A stretch of DNA of 64,000 nt from a virus, in IMG/VR virus record IMGVR_UViG_3300042879_003054, one strand, 5' to 3'. Below, one piece after another: positions 10,218 through 19,019 of the stretch. Each line of letters starts with the position of its first letter. Positions within the stretch are counted from its first letter, which is position 1. The notes beneath the pieces are model-generated. The model worked only from the letters and a program-made list of their open reading frames with translations, had not been told where the DNA came from and ran no database searches. A program made the position numbers and the translations under genes.

Positions 10218-10246
10218 AGTTTACAATACTTTACAAAAGAGGTCAA
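10218..10246 (-). promoter_or_regulatory. sigma70-type psbD promoter overlapped by an HLR1 (RpaB) site
   Basis: TTGACC-17-TAAACT; + strand TTTACAAT-AC-TTTACAAA at 10220-10237. Confidence 0.7.
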
Positions 10247-10380
10247 TGAGTGTTTCTACTCATTCATAAATCATCCCAACAGTCAGTAAGACAAAGCAAA
10301 GTATTGTGAATATCATAAGTCCTATGCCTGCCCAGATTATCCAGTTAGGCATAGGTTCGTTTTGGGTATTATGACTCATA

Positions 10381-11073
10381 TTATTCTGCTCCTGGAATCT
10401 CATACCACTTGATTGTTGTTCTTACAAAGTCGTTCTTCCCATCTTCAGAGTCTTTCCAGATTTTAGTGAAATAACTCTTTTCGTAGTAATCTTTAGTTGA
10501 AGTGATAATAACTTTTGCCAACTTACCTGCGACAATTGTAGGAAATACGCAATCAAAGAAATCTTTCACTTTAGTATAAGAACTACTTCCAATCTCATCT
10601 AACAATATAAGACTAAACGCTTGTCCCCTAGCAGTAGATGATGAAATAGATGCTGCAATAACTCTAGAACCATTTTCCAATTCAAATGTGGTTCTATTGT
10701 TTGTTATAACACCCTGTTGCATCCATTTTGGTAAGTTTTCATATGAAACTTTAAGTCGGTCTAAAAGGTGTATTGAAGGCTTTCGATGATGTGAAAATAT
10801 TCCAACATTTCCATAATCTTGAAATATAATTTGATGAAGTATATAATAAATTGCAGTTGAAGATTTCCCTGCTATCTGTCTGGGTGCCTTCAGAATATTA
10901 AAGCGGTTGGTGTGATACTTATTGATGAGTTTCTCTTGTGGTTCATATAATTTAATACCAGTCAATCCATCTTTAAAATGATCAAATTTCACATAATTGT
11001 TGATAAAATATACTGGGTCTTCCTTACACTTTTGTAGTTCCGTGATGTGTTCTTGTGTAAATTGTGTAAACAT
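10381..11073 (-). CDS. terminase large subunit (gp17)-like protein, ATPase domain only
   Basis: KCKEDPVYFINNY, PRQIAGKSS (Walker A-like), ILLDE (Walker B), ITST; ends at W..IPG. Confidence 0.8.
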   Translation of the reverse strand: MFTQFTQEHITELQKCKEDPVYFINNYVKFDHFKDGLTGIKLYEPQEKLINKYHTNRFNILKAPRQIAGKSSTAIYYILHQIIFQDYGNVGIFSHHRKPSIHLLDRLKVSYENLPKWMQQGVITNNRTTFELENGSRVIAASISSSTARGQAFSLILLDEIGSSSYTKVKDFFDCVFPTIVAGKLAKVIITSTKDYYEKSYFTKIWKDSEDGKNDFVRTTIKWYEIPGAE

Positions 11074-11120
11074 AATATCTTATTGTTTATGACTATCTTA
11101 ACAGAGTTGGGAGTCTTATG

Positions 11121-11270
11121 TCAATAAAAAGCATCTTTATTTAATTTATAAGTCTTTCCATTTACTGTAATTTTACCATCACCTTCTCCTGTCAATGCTT
11201 TTCGTAATTGTTTACTTGCAACAGGGTCTCTGAGTATCTCTTCTAGTTTTTTACTTATAGGTAATTTCAT
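11121..11270 (-). CDS. hypothetical protein
   Basis: C-terminal part of ORF 11121..11396, starting MKLPISKK. Confidence 0.55.
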   Translation of the reverse strand: MKLPISKKLEEILRDPVASKQLRKALTGEGDGKITVNGKTYKLNKDAFY

Positions 11271-11274
11271 AGTC

Positions 11275-11445
11275 TTATTGGTGCTTTTGTAAATAGTGCT
11301 TTTGTAAATATGCAACCAAATCTTTAAGGTAGTCAGATGCCTTATCCCAATCCCCATTAAACCTATCATTAAGTTCTTGATAGATTTTTTCTGCATTTTC
11401 AGGTGCTAGATTGGTTGCTTGAATAAATCCTTCTTTGGTAATCAT
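11275..11445 (-). CDS. 56-aa hypothetical protein with YLQKH duplication
   Basis: read manually; 15-bp direct repeat at 11281-11310. Confidence 0.55.
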   Translation of the reverse strand: MITKEGFIQATNLAPENAEKIYQELNDRFNGDWDKASDYLKDLVAYLQKHYLQKHQ

Positions 11446-11454
11446 AATTTTTTG

Positions 11455-11817
11455 TTAGTTGTCCAGGTATTGTAACATATTTTGTAGGGTTTGTCTATTG
11501 TCTCTTATGAGACCCAGAGCAGTATTGCAATTATTACAGAGAACACCTCGTATTTTATTTGTGGAGTGGCAATGGTCAATACATTTTTTTCCCATTTTTT
11601 CTCTACAGGTTTTGCAATTTTCATTACTCATCAGGTCATTATATTGGTCCTCTGTAAGTTTAAATCTGCGCCTGGCGTATTCGTGGGTCTTATAATATTG
11701 CCTACGAACCTCCCTTTCACAATCCTTACACTTTGATTGAACTCCAGAAGGTCTACCACTTCTTTTAGAGAAACTATCAAGTTCTTTTGTTTCTCCGCAT
11801 CTGCTACAAGTTTTCAT
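11455..11817 (-). mobile_element. endonuclease VII-family free-standing homing endonuclease (F-CphI-like)
   Basis: C..C...C..C N-term, IDHCH....RGVLCNNCN..LG; directly downstream of psbA; TATAAATA at 11844-11851. Confidence 0.85.
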
Positions 11818-11861
11818 TATGGTATGGAAGTTTGGTGTGGAACTATTTATACATTATAGCA

Positions 11862-11889
11862 TAAAAAAAGAGACCCGAAGGTCTCTTTC
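11862..11889 (-). terminator. UUCG-loop terminator after psbA
   Basis: AAAGAGACC-TTCG-GGTCTCTTTTTTT. Confidence 0.85.
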
Positions 11890-11913
11890 GTGAAGAATTC
11901 TGTTTTAAGAAAC

Positions 11914-12993
11914 TCAACCGATGGTTGGAGCAGTCAAGGCCACAGGTGTGTTCTCAACAGCAGCAAGGTCCAAAGGAAAATTATGTGCATTTCTTTCGTG
12001 CATCACTTCGAGTCCGAGTCCAGCACGATTCAGAACATCAGCCCAGGTATTAACTACACGGTTCTGACTATCAACGATTGACTGGTTGAAATTAAAGCCA
12101 TTCAAATTGAAAGCCATCGTAGAAACACCAAGAGCAGTGAACCAGATGCCTACAACGGGCCAGCTAGCAAGGAAGAAGTGCAGTGAACGTGAGTTATTAA
12201 AGGAAGCATATTGGAAAATAAGGCGTCCAAAATAACCGTGAGCAGCAACGATGTTATAAGTCTCTTCTTCTTGACCGAACTTGTAACCATAGTTCTGCGA
12301 TTCAGTTTCAGTTGTTTCACGAACCAGTGAAGAAGTCACAAGAGAACCGTGCATTGCGGAGAAAAGACTTCCTCCGAAGACACCAGCAACTCCAAGCATA
12401 TGGAATGGGTGCATCAGGATGTTGTGCTCTGCCTGGAACACAAGCATGTAGTTGAACGTACCAGAGATACCAAGAGGCATACCATCAGAGAAAGAACCTT
12501 GACCGAAAGGATAGACCAAGAATACGGCAGTCGCAGCAGCAACAGGAGCACTGTAAGCAACCATAATCCAAGGACGCATACCAAGACGGTAAGAAAGTTC
12601 CCACTCACGACCCATATAGCAGAAGACACCAATGAGGAAGTGGAAGACTACCAACTGGTAAGGACCACCATTATAGAGCCATTCATCAAGACTTGCTGCT
12701 TCCCAGATAGGATAGAAGTGAAGTCCGATTGCGTTGCTTGAAGGAACAACAGCACCAGAAATGATGTTGTTTCCGTACATGAGTGAACCAGCAACAGGTT
12801 CACGAATACCATCAATGTCCACCGGAGGTGCGGCAATGAAGGCGACGATGAAACATACAGTAGCAGCAAGCAGTGTAGGAATCATCAGAGTTCCGAACCA
12901 ACCAACATAAAGGCGGTTGTTCGTTGAAGTAACCCACTGGCAAAATTGTTCCCAGGAGTTAGTAGATTGTCTTTGTGCAATTGTAGCAGTCAT
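11914..12993 (-). CDS. psbA: photosystem II D1 protein (no intron)
   Basis: NRLYVGWFG...[13 protein letters not shown]; continuous ORF. Confidence 0.99.
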   Translation of the reverse strand: MTATIAQRQSTNSWEQFCQWVTSTNNRLYVGWFGTLMIPTLLAATVCFIVAFIAAPPVDIDGIREPVAGSLMYGNNIISGAVVPSSNAIGLHFYPIWEAASLDEWLYNGGPYQLVVFHFLIGVFCYMGREWELSYRLGMRPWIMVAYSAPVAAATAVFLVYPFGQGSFSDGMPLGISGTFNYMLVFQAEHNILMHPFHMLGVAGVFGGSLFSAMHGSLVTSSLVRETTETESQNYGYKFGQEEETYNIVAAHGYFGRLIFQYASFNNSRSLHFFLASWPVVGIWFTALGVSTMAFNLNGFNFNQSIVDSQNRVVNTWADVLNRAGLGLEVMHERNAHNFPLDLAAVENTPVALTAPTIG

Positions 12994-13011
12994 TTTACTT
13001 TAAAAAGAAAT

Positions 13012-13121
13012 AAGTATGAGTATAGGGATTACTCGTTTACTGATTTCCTTCACTACCCTCAAGTGAAGGTAAGATGAGAGACGTTTTTATACACCCCATA
13101 GGTCCCGGTTAATGGGTGTTT
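13012..13121 (-). ncRNA. PhotoRC-II-like cis-regulatory RNA in psbA leader
   Basis: stems ACACCCAU/AUGGGGUGU and CCUUCACU/AGUGAAGG; loop GGGAC can pair with GUCUC; position upstream of psbA. Confidence 0.75.
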
Positions 13122-13169
13122 AACAATGTTAAGAATTATGAGGAATTCGTAACATTTGTTTACCTATTT

Positions 13170-13198
13170 ATCATACTACGGTCTGCTTCTGGTGTCAA
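13170..13198 (-). promoter_or_regulatory. sigma70-type psbA promoter
   Basis: TTGACA-17-TATGAT, just downstream of GGTCCCC-GAAA-GGGGACT terminator. Confidence 0.75.
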
Positions 13199-13230
13199 GC
13201 ATAAAAAAGTCCCCTTTCGGGGACCGTAAA

Positions 13231-13440
13231 TTATTCTGCTTCTGGGAGTGGAATTTCTTCTGGTTGTGGTTCTGGTTGTGGAAGAGTCACACCTATTTGT
13301 GTAAGATACTCAATCGCACCTTGAACCTTCAAAAAAAGTTCTCTTTTTGTTGTGGCCTTAGTTTGAAGTCCTTCCAATTCAAGGGATAGGTCTTGTGCTT
13401 GCTTTACAAGATTCGCAAGATGTTCCTGTTGTTCAGTCAT
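13231..13440 (-). CDS. coiled-coil hypothetical protein
   Basis: probable start MTEQQEHL; LKVQGAIEYL motif. Confidence 0.7.
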   Translation of the reverse strand: MTEQQEHLANLVKQAQDLSLELEGLQTKATTKRELFLKVQGAIEYLTQIGVTLPQPEPQPEEIPLPEAE

Positions 13441-13535
13441 AAAATTAAATAAACTCAATTTATTTATAGTATAATACATAAAGACAAATAACAAAATAAC
13501 ATCAATAAATAGTTACAAACATTACTTTTAGAAAA

Positions 13536-13997
13536 ATGAAAAGATTAGCACTTATCTTTTCGTTATTCTTCACTACTCCTGCTTTTGCTGGTGAAATCAC
13601 ATCAAAAATCACTGACTCAATTCAATTAAATGTTCAGGGTGCTGCGGTACAATCAGAAAGAGTCGGTGCCTCATATGCAGTTTCAGGCACCAATATTAAT
13701 GTAACAACTCTTGGAGGAGTTGGTGGAGCAGGTTCTTATGGTATCAATACAAACGGACAAGCATTTAGTTTCTCTGAAACATCAATTACTGCAGATGTTG
13801 ATGTTACCTCTCAGTCGGCAGCTTCTGGAACAATTGCTTCTCCCAACCTTTATAGCAACTCTACTACTCAATTAGGTGGAGATAAGGGTTCTCTTGCTGG
13901 TACTTTAAGCGGAACTGGTGTTCCAACAATTACTGCGGGTGGTTCAGGAACAACTGGAACAGCACAACGTAGCGTTGAATTGAGCGTATTTAAGTGA
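13536..13997 (+). CDS. exported beta-rich protein A
   Basis: signal peptide ending PAFA; S/T/G-rich; AATAAATA late-promoter-like sequence upstream. Confidence 0.8.
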   Translation: MKRLALIFSLFFTTPAFAGEITSKITDSIQLNVQGAAVQSERVGASYAVSGTNINVTTLGGVGGAGSYGINTNGQAFSFSETSITADVDVTSQSAASGTIASPNLYSNSTTQLGGDKGSLAGTLSGTGVPTITAGGSGTTGTAQRSVELSVFK

Positions 13998-14356
13998 GAC
14001 ATATAACTCTCGGACTGGTTACAGTTCTGGGAGTTATAAGTCCTTCATACGCTGGACCCGTAACTCCCAACTTCACCAGTGGGACTATTACATCTGAGAC
14101 TAAAACACGCACTGAAGTTATTGAGACTATCAGGCAAATAGAATATACTACTGGAACATCTTATACAGTCACTGGCACCAACATTAATATACCAGGAACT
14201 CCTGCTCCTGGTATGAATTACACAATTCAAACTCAAGGTGCTCCATTCCAATTTAGTGAGACTTATTTGACTCCTGGAGTGGCAAAGGAAACATGGATAG
14301 ACAGAAAAACTACGGAAGATTCTATAACAAATACTATATCAGTCTTCACTCAATAA
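13994..14356 (+). CDS. exported beta-rich protein B (paralog of A)
   Basis: signal peptide ending PSYA; shares SY.V.GTNIN and F.FSET with A; GTG start overlapping A stop. Confidence 0.8.
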   Translation: MRHITLGLVTVLGVISPSYAGPVTPNFTSGTITSETKTRTEVIETIRQIEYTTGTSYTVTGTNINIPGTPAPGMNYTIQTQGAPFQFSETYLTPGVAKETWIDRKTTEDSITNTISVFTQ

Positions 14357-14997
14357 TTTTTATGCCCCCTACCTTTTGGCATTTTAGTTTTATTTCTCCC
14401 ATTAATAAACCCAATTGGACACTCAAAATGAGTTAATATTTCTTCTCCAGTTAATGGGTTGTGATACCACTTTCTTCCAACATTATGAGAACCCCATAAT
14501 TTTTTTCTTTCATTTAAATTAAAATGACTTTTTTGAGTTTTCTGTGAGTGAATATCCCTATTCTCTTGATTCGAAAATCTTTCTTTTTGAGATTTAGACA
14601 TAAGTTCTTTAGACTTTTCCATTCCCTCTTTATGTGATTTTTTATATTCTTCATTTTCCCACATTTTTTTAGAGGCAATAGAATGTGACTCTCTTGATTT
14701 CTCCCTATTGTTTTCAGTCAAAGTATTACCTCCGTCCCCCCCATCAGCAAAGTTACACAACAAACCACCTTCAACTTTTTTACCATATATTTTTATCATT
14801 CTTCTCTCTTCATCCATACATTCATTTCTCGTTCCTTCAAATATTATTTCATATTGAAATGAATTTTCATCTTCTGCTTTTTGCCAAGTATTTAAATGGA
14901 AATTATTTCTTCTTTTTTTAGAAATACATCTATCACCTTGCCCCATTCCAACATAAAAGGGAATTCCCCCCCGTTTATGGATATAAACATAAGTCAT
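14350..14997 (-). mobile_element. GIY-YIG-like homing endonuclease, antisense within the + strand operon
   Basis: YVYIH....PFYVGMG...R...E...N.ADGGDGG; C-terminal KWYHN...F..GR; TATAAATA at 15026-15033. Confidence 0.8.
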
Positions 14998-15552
14998 AGT
15001 ATTTCTGCTTGGTTAGTAACATTATTATTTATAATACCACAAGGTTATGTAAGAGCACAACAAGCACCAAGTAATACGAATATTGCAGGTCCAAGTGCTT
15101 CAGCAACAGGTAGTGTTGTGAATCAGGCAGTTCAGGTGCTTCAAGGTCCTTATGCCTTGAATACATTTGGTAATGGAGTTTCATGTCAGGGTCCTACAAT
15201 GAGTGTTGCTCCATTTGCTTTGGGAAGTTTCAATGGAAATCAAGACCCAACATCATACCAATCTCATAGTGGAAACTTTGGAGTAAGTTTGGGTTTTAAT
15301 TTTCCTCTAGATGGTTCATTACAAGAACTTTGTAAGGCAAGAGCTCGTGTAGAAATTTCAAGACAACAAGCAGAATCGGATAAGGCAAGACTTGACTTTG
15401 AACTTGTGAGACTTTTGAAGTGTGGTGAAGCATTAAAGAATGGAATTTCATTTCATCCACAAAGTCCCTATGCAAAAATTTGTGCTGATATTATTGTGAA
15501 GTATCCAAGAGTACAGGATGTAGCAAATGGAAATAAAACCAATAAAAATTAA
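14977..15552 (+). CDS. exported protein C with amphipathic beta-hairpin, coiled coil and 4 Cys
   Basis: probable ATG at 14977 gives a signal peptide ending YVRA; NFGVSLGFNFPLD then helical segment. Confidence 0.7.
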   Translation: MDINISHSISAWLVTLLFIIPQGYVRAQQAPSNTNIAGPSASATGSVVNQAVQVLQGPYALNTFGNGVSCQGPTMSVAPFALGSFNGNQDPTSYQSHSGNFGVSLGFNFPLDGSLQELCKARARVEISRQQAESDKARLDFELVRLLKCGEALKNGISFHPQSPYAKICADIIVKYPRVQDVANGNKTNKN

Positions 15553-16219
15553 TTCTTCTAGGATTGATGCTCCATCAATTATTCCAACAATAGAACCTCC
15601 CGTAATTAGGAAAGCAGAACGATCTGTGATACCAAGTGTTGATATGCCAATTATTAATATGCCAGATACCACTATAAAGTATCCAGTGATCGATGTTCCA
15701 ACTCAAGAAGAGTTTGATGCTGCCGTAAGAGCAGAGCAAAAAAAGAAAGAAGAAGAAAAAGAAGAAAAATCCAGAGGACTTCCAGATACTACCCCTACCC
15801 CTCAACTGCCCCCAGTTGTTCAAACCCCCCCAGATGATCGGAATATTTCCGATCAACCAATACAAACTAGTAATTTAGGAGTACCCGTCATTGAAGTACC
15901 AATCATCGGGGAAGTTCCAGTTCCTCCGAAAGAACAGGTTATGCTTGCTGGCACCACTGCTACTGCTTCTGTTGCTGCGGCTATTGTTGGCAAATCTTTG
16001 GTGGAATGGATGGTAGGTAAAATGAAACCTATTGTTCAGCAGATATTCATAAGGGGTAAGAAACTTTTGAATAGAGATCTTACTCCTTATGAACTTCAGG
16101 TTTATTTTGCTTTTGAAAAAACTTCTTCTATGAAAAAAGTCAATAAGTTACTCAAAAAAGAAGGGAAGAACGAAAAGAAAGAACAATATAAGAAGTTTCA
16201 CTCAAAGCAATTATTTTGA
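15527..16219 (+). CDS. Pro-rich protein D with hydrophobic segment and basic tail
   Basis: ORF track; overlaps end of gene C. Confidence 0.75.
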   Translation: MEIKPIKINSSRIDAPSIIPTIEPPVIRKAERSVIPSVDMPIINMPDTTIKYPVIDVPTQEEFDAAVRAEQKKKEEEKEEKSRGLPDTTPTPQLPPVVQTPPDDRNISDQPIQTSNLGVPVIEVPIIGEVPVPPKEQVMLAGTTATASVAAAIVGKSLVEWMVGKMKPIVQQIFIRGKKLLNRDLTPYELQVYFAFEKTSSMKKVNKLLKKEGKNEKKEQYKKFHSKQLF

Positions 16220-16414
16220 TTTATTCTTTATTTTAAATGCAACATCACCAAGAAAAGAACCAACAGCAAGTATAAGAACTTTAGAATAAGAATCTCTACT
16301 AGCATTATCAAGTTCTACTTGTCCTTCTGTACGAATCGCAACAGATTCTACAGCAGAAATCATTAAAGCACTCCAAATGATTAAGAATAGTCTTACAATA
16401 TTAAAGTAAATCAC
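16211..16414 (-). CDS. small membrane protein (2 TM)
   Basis: two hydrophobic stretches. Confidence 0.65.
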   Translation of the reverse strand: MIYFNIVRLFLIIWSALMISAVESVAIRTEGQVELDNASRDSYSKVLILAVGSFLGDVAFKIKNKSK

Positions 16415-16815
16415 TTCTTACGCTTTGCGTCAAGTTCAGCAAAATCCTTTTTCTTTGTTCCTCCTGAGTATTCCCAAGCATATCCTTCAGAGATCATACG
16501 ATCATTAAGACATACATCATCAACATATAACCTTCCAAGAATTCTTCCATACTTTTCAGTTGAGTCTGGAAGTTCCGTTTTAATGAGAATATTTTTTTTA
16601 CCATCAAGATTTTTTTTCAACCATTCTTTGACTTCTAATCCAAGTGCTTTTTCTTTGAGATCGGTTGTACGACTTTCCGGAGTATCAACACCACTAAGGC
16701 GTACTCGCTTAGTAAGAGAAATATCGAAGCCAAGATCAATATCCGCATCGATTGTGTCACCATCAACTACTCTCAATACTTGTTTTACTCTGTAGATATA
16801 TGGGTCTTTATCCAT
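16411..16815 (-). CDS. thermonuclease (SNase family)
   Basis: RVVDGDT, RVRLSGVDTPE, KYGRILG. Confidence 0.92.
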   Translation of the reverse strand: MDKDPYIYRVKQVLRVVDGDTIDADIDLGFDISLTKRVRLSGVDTPESRTTDLKEKALGLEVKEWLKKNLDGKKNILIKTELPDSTEKYGRILGRLYVDDVCLNDRMISEGYAWEYSGGTKKKDFAELDAKRKK

Positions 16816-17027
16816 TAGAATGGTAATTTAAACTTCTCAGTATTTAGTTTAGGAATAGGTAATTTTTCAAATGCTTTTGATACCTGTTTCTCTACAACAG
16901 CACCAACAAATGCTTCCGGATTATCTAGAATCTTCTGTGCTTTTTGATAAGTAATGTATGCTCCTACGCAAAGAGCACCACTAATGCTTAGACTTGTGAT
17001 TGATAGAATTAGACTCAGATGTTTCAT
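16815..17027 (-). CDS. small membrane protein
   Basis: N-terminal hydrophobic helix. Confidence 0.65.
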   Translation of the reverse strand: MKHLSLILSITSLSISGALCVGAYITYQKAQKILDNPEAFVGAVVEKQVSKAFEKLPIPKLNTEKFKLPF

Positions 17028-17125
17028 CTTTCATCTCCTCGGATGCTAACTTTAATATGTAGTAAATTACATAAGCAGTAAATACCAAACCAGAACAAAG
17101 AATTATAACTACACCCCAAGGAAAT

Positions 17126-17326
17126 TCATTCATCCCAAACACCTTCTTGCTTATGAATCCATATCTTTAAATCTTTTACATATTTTCTTAATATTTGTGC
17201 TTGTTCTTCATGCCAAAAATCACCCGTCTCCATATGAAGGCGGGTGTGATTATCTATTGCTTTAAGAATTTGGTGAATTGGGGCGTTCCAACATTGACGC
17301 TTGGGAGTATTCCACTCTCTTGGCAT
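17126..17326 (-). CDS. hypothetical protein
   Basis: ORF track. Confidence 0.7.
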   Translation of the reverse strand: MPREWNTPKRQCWNAPIHQILKAIDNHTRLHMETGDFWHEEQAQILRKYVKDLKIWIHKQEGVWDE

Positions 17327-17448
17327 AAAACCTCATTATTTTTTCTTACCACCGTTCTTTGCTTTCTTTGCAGTAGCATTACCTTGATTCTGCTTAGAAT
17401 TTTTACCTCCAGCAGAACCCTTCTTACCTTTGTTTGCTGATTTTGCCA

Positions 17449-17805
17449 TTATGCTCCTGTGCGTGGTTGAACGAATCCTTCACCATCTTCTACTTTAGTT
17501 TCCAGTGCTTCAACTCTTGCTTCAAGAGTTTCTGGTGGTGCTTCAGGGGCAGGTGGTTCTGGTGGAGTTTCTACAAACTCTTCTCTTTTAGGTTCTTGCT
17601 TTTTTTCATCTTCATCATCTCCACCTTTCTTCATCGTATTAATACCAAAAGTAGCAGCAGATGCTGTGAAGACTGTAGCGATAAAAGTTGGGTCCATCTT
17701 AGATAGAGTGCCCGCATAACTTGCAGTAAGAAGAGCAGCAGACCAACCCAAGATACATATACGAATTAATTGTCCCATAGCATTTTCGTTTTTCTTAGTA
17801 GTCAT
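17449..17805 (-). CDS. 2-TM membrane protein (holin candidate)
   Basis: two TM segments with charged tail; directly after the lysozyme gene. Confidence 0.55.
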   Translation of the reverse strand: MTTKKNENAMGQLIRICILGWSAALLTASYAGTLSKMDPTFIATVFTASAATFGINTMKKGGDDEDEKKQEPKREEFVETPPEPPAPEAPPETLEARVEALETKVEDGEGFVQPRTGA

Positions 17806-17823
17806 TTTCCTTTGTGAATAGGG

Positions 17824-18495
17824 TTAACCTTTTTTCCAAGATTCACCTTCTGCTTTTCTTCTACGAGCAAGACCTGCTTCTACATTTGAACCAGGATTTC
17901 TGTAGAGATATAAAGCATCTGGAACTAAGTCCCATTCTTTATTCTTCAGTCTCTTAGTGATAGTATTAAAATCACCAGAACCATAAAAACCAGCACCGAG
18001 ATTATAAGCAAAAGAAAGTAGGGCACCTCTTTTGCCGTCAGACATTTCATTCCAGTGTGGAATTTTACGAAGTGAAGGAAGAAACTCTCTCTTACATTGT
18101 TCAATCAAAAGTTCATCTGCTTCTGTTTGTGTGAGAGTATCACCCATATGGAATGCAGATCCATCTTTCTTACGAGTTGAACCCCAACCAATTGTGATTG
18201 GAAGTCCACCAGATAGAGGATCGGGATATGCCTTTAGATGACATCCTTCAAACTCTTTGATTAATTTAAGGCCTATCATAGGCATATCGTCACCACCAAC
18301 TACAGGAGCGGCAGCAGTTGGTGCTGATGCTGGTGCCGCATTACCCTTTTTTCCTCTGTAGATCTCCGCCCAATCTACGTTATCTTCCAGATACTTGACT
18401 GGTAGGTTATCTTCTAACCATTGAACTGCTTTCACATGATTAGGGTTCTTCTCGTCATAGAACTTGAAGAAGTTATGTAAATCGATTCTTGCCAT
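17824..18495 (-). CDS. GH24 lysozyme (endolysin) with N-terminal accessory domain
   Basis: IKEFEG..LKAYPD...TIGWG, SFAYNLG, GLARRRKAE; start probably MARID. Confidence 0.92.
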   Translation of the reverse strand: MARIDLHNFFKFYDEKNPNHVKAVQWLEDNLPVKYLEDNVDWAEIYRGKKGNAAPASAPTAAAPVVGGDDMPMIGLKLIKEFEGCHLKAYPDPLSGGLPITIGWGSTRKKDGSAFHMGDTLTQTEADELLIEQCKREFLPSLRKIPHWNEMSDGKRGALLSFAYNLGAGFYGSGDFNTITKRLKNKEWDLVPDALYLYRNPGSNVEAGLARRRKAEGESWKKG

Positions 18496-18625
18496 TGTCG
18501 TCTCCAAAGTATTTGTTGAAAAGTTTGGAAGCTTCTAAGTGCTTTCCGTGATTTGTAAGATCTTTAATTCTTTGTAAGATCTTTCTCTTGAAATTAATCG
18601 AGGAGTTTTCATTCTCCATAAGTAT

Positions 18626-18997
18626 TTAACCAATAATACTCTCTCTCCAATCTTCACTCATATTCACCATAATTGCTTCTGCTGCTTCTGGAGTTTCAGC
18701 ATATCCTTCATCAAGTAAGTGTGAGAGGATGATGTCGTAATAGTCATAACTATCAGATACAGCAATACGACTATCCTTTACTTCTTTACCTGCTCTTCTT
18801 CTTGCTTTATTACCAGAACCAACATCTTCTGGTTTTTGTCTTTTACGAGCACTAAGTTTTCTAAGAGTTTCAACATCTCTTAGTTTTCTATTAAGTAAAT
18901 CAGATGCTTTTTGTTTGCGAGCACCAGTAAGTTCTTCATCAACCTGATAAACTTGATTATAAGCTTCTTGAAGGGCACGAAGTTCTTGTGCGTCCAT
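18626..18997 (-). CDS. small modular Glu-rich protein (internal-protein-like)
   Basis: N-term MDAQELRALQEAYNQVY and C-term ILSHLLDEGYAET.EAAE.IM.NMSEDW modules, shared with 43069 and 44701 proteins. Confidence 0.75.
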   Translation of the reverse strand: MDAQELRALQEAYNQVYQVDEELTGARKQKASDLLNRKLRDVETLRKLSARKRQKPEDVGSGNKARRRAGKEVKDSRIAVSDSYDYYDIILSHLLDEGYAETPEAAEAIMVNMSEDWRESIIG

Positions 18998-19019
18998 TTT
19001 ACAAATACTTTTTAGTTAT

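Noticed and set aside
13111-13165. HLR1-like half sites upstream of psbA
   Set aside because: Half sites are degenerate and not in the required 10-bp phase
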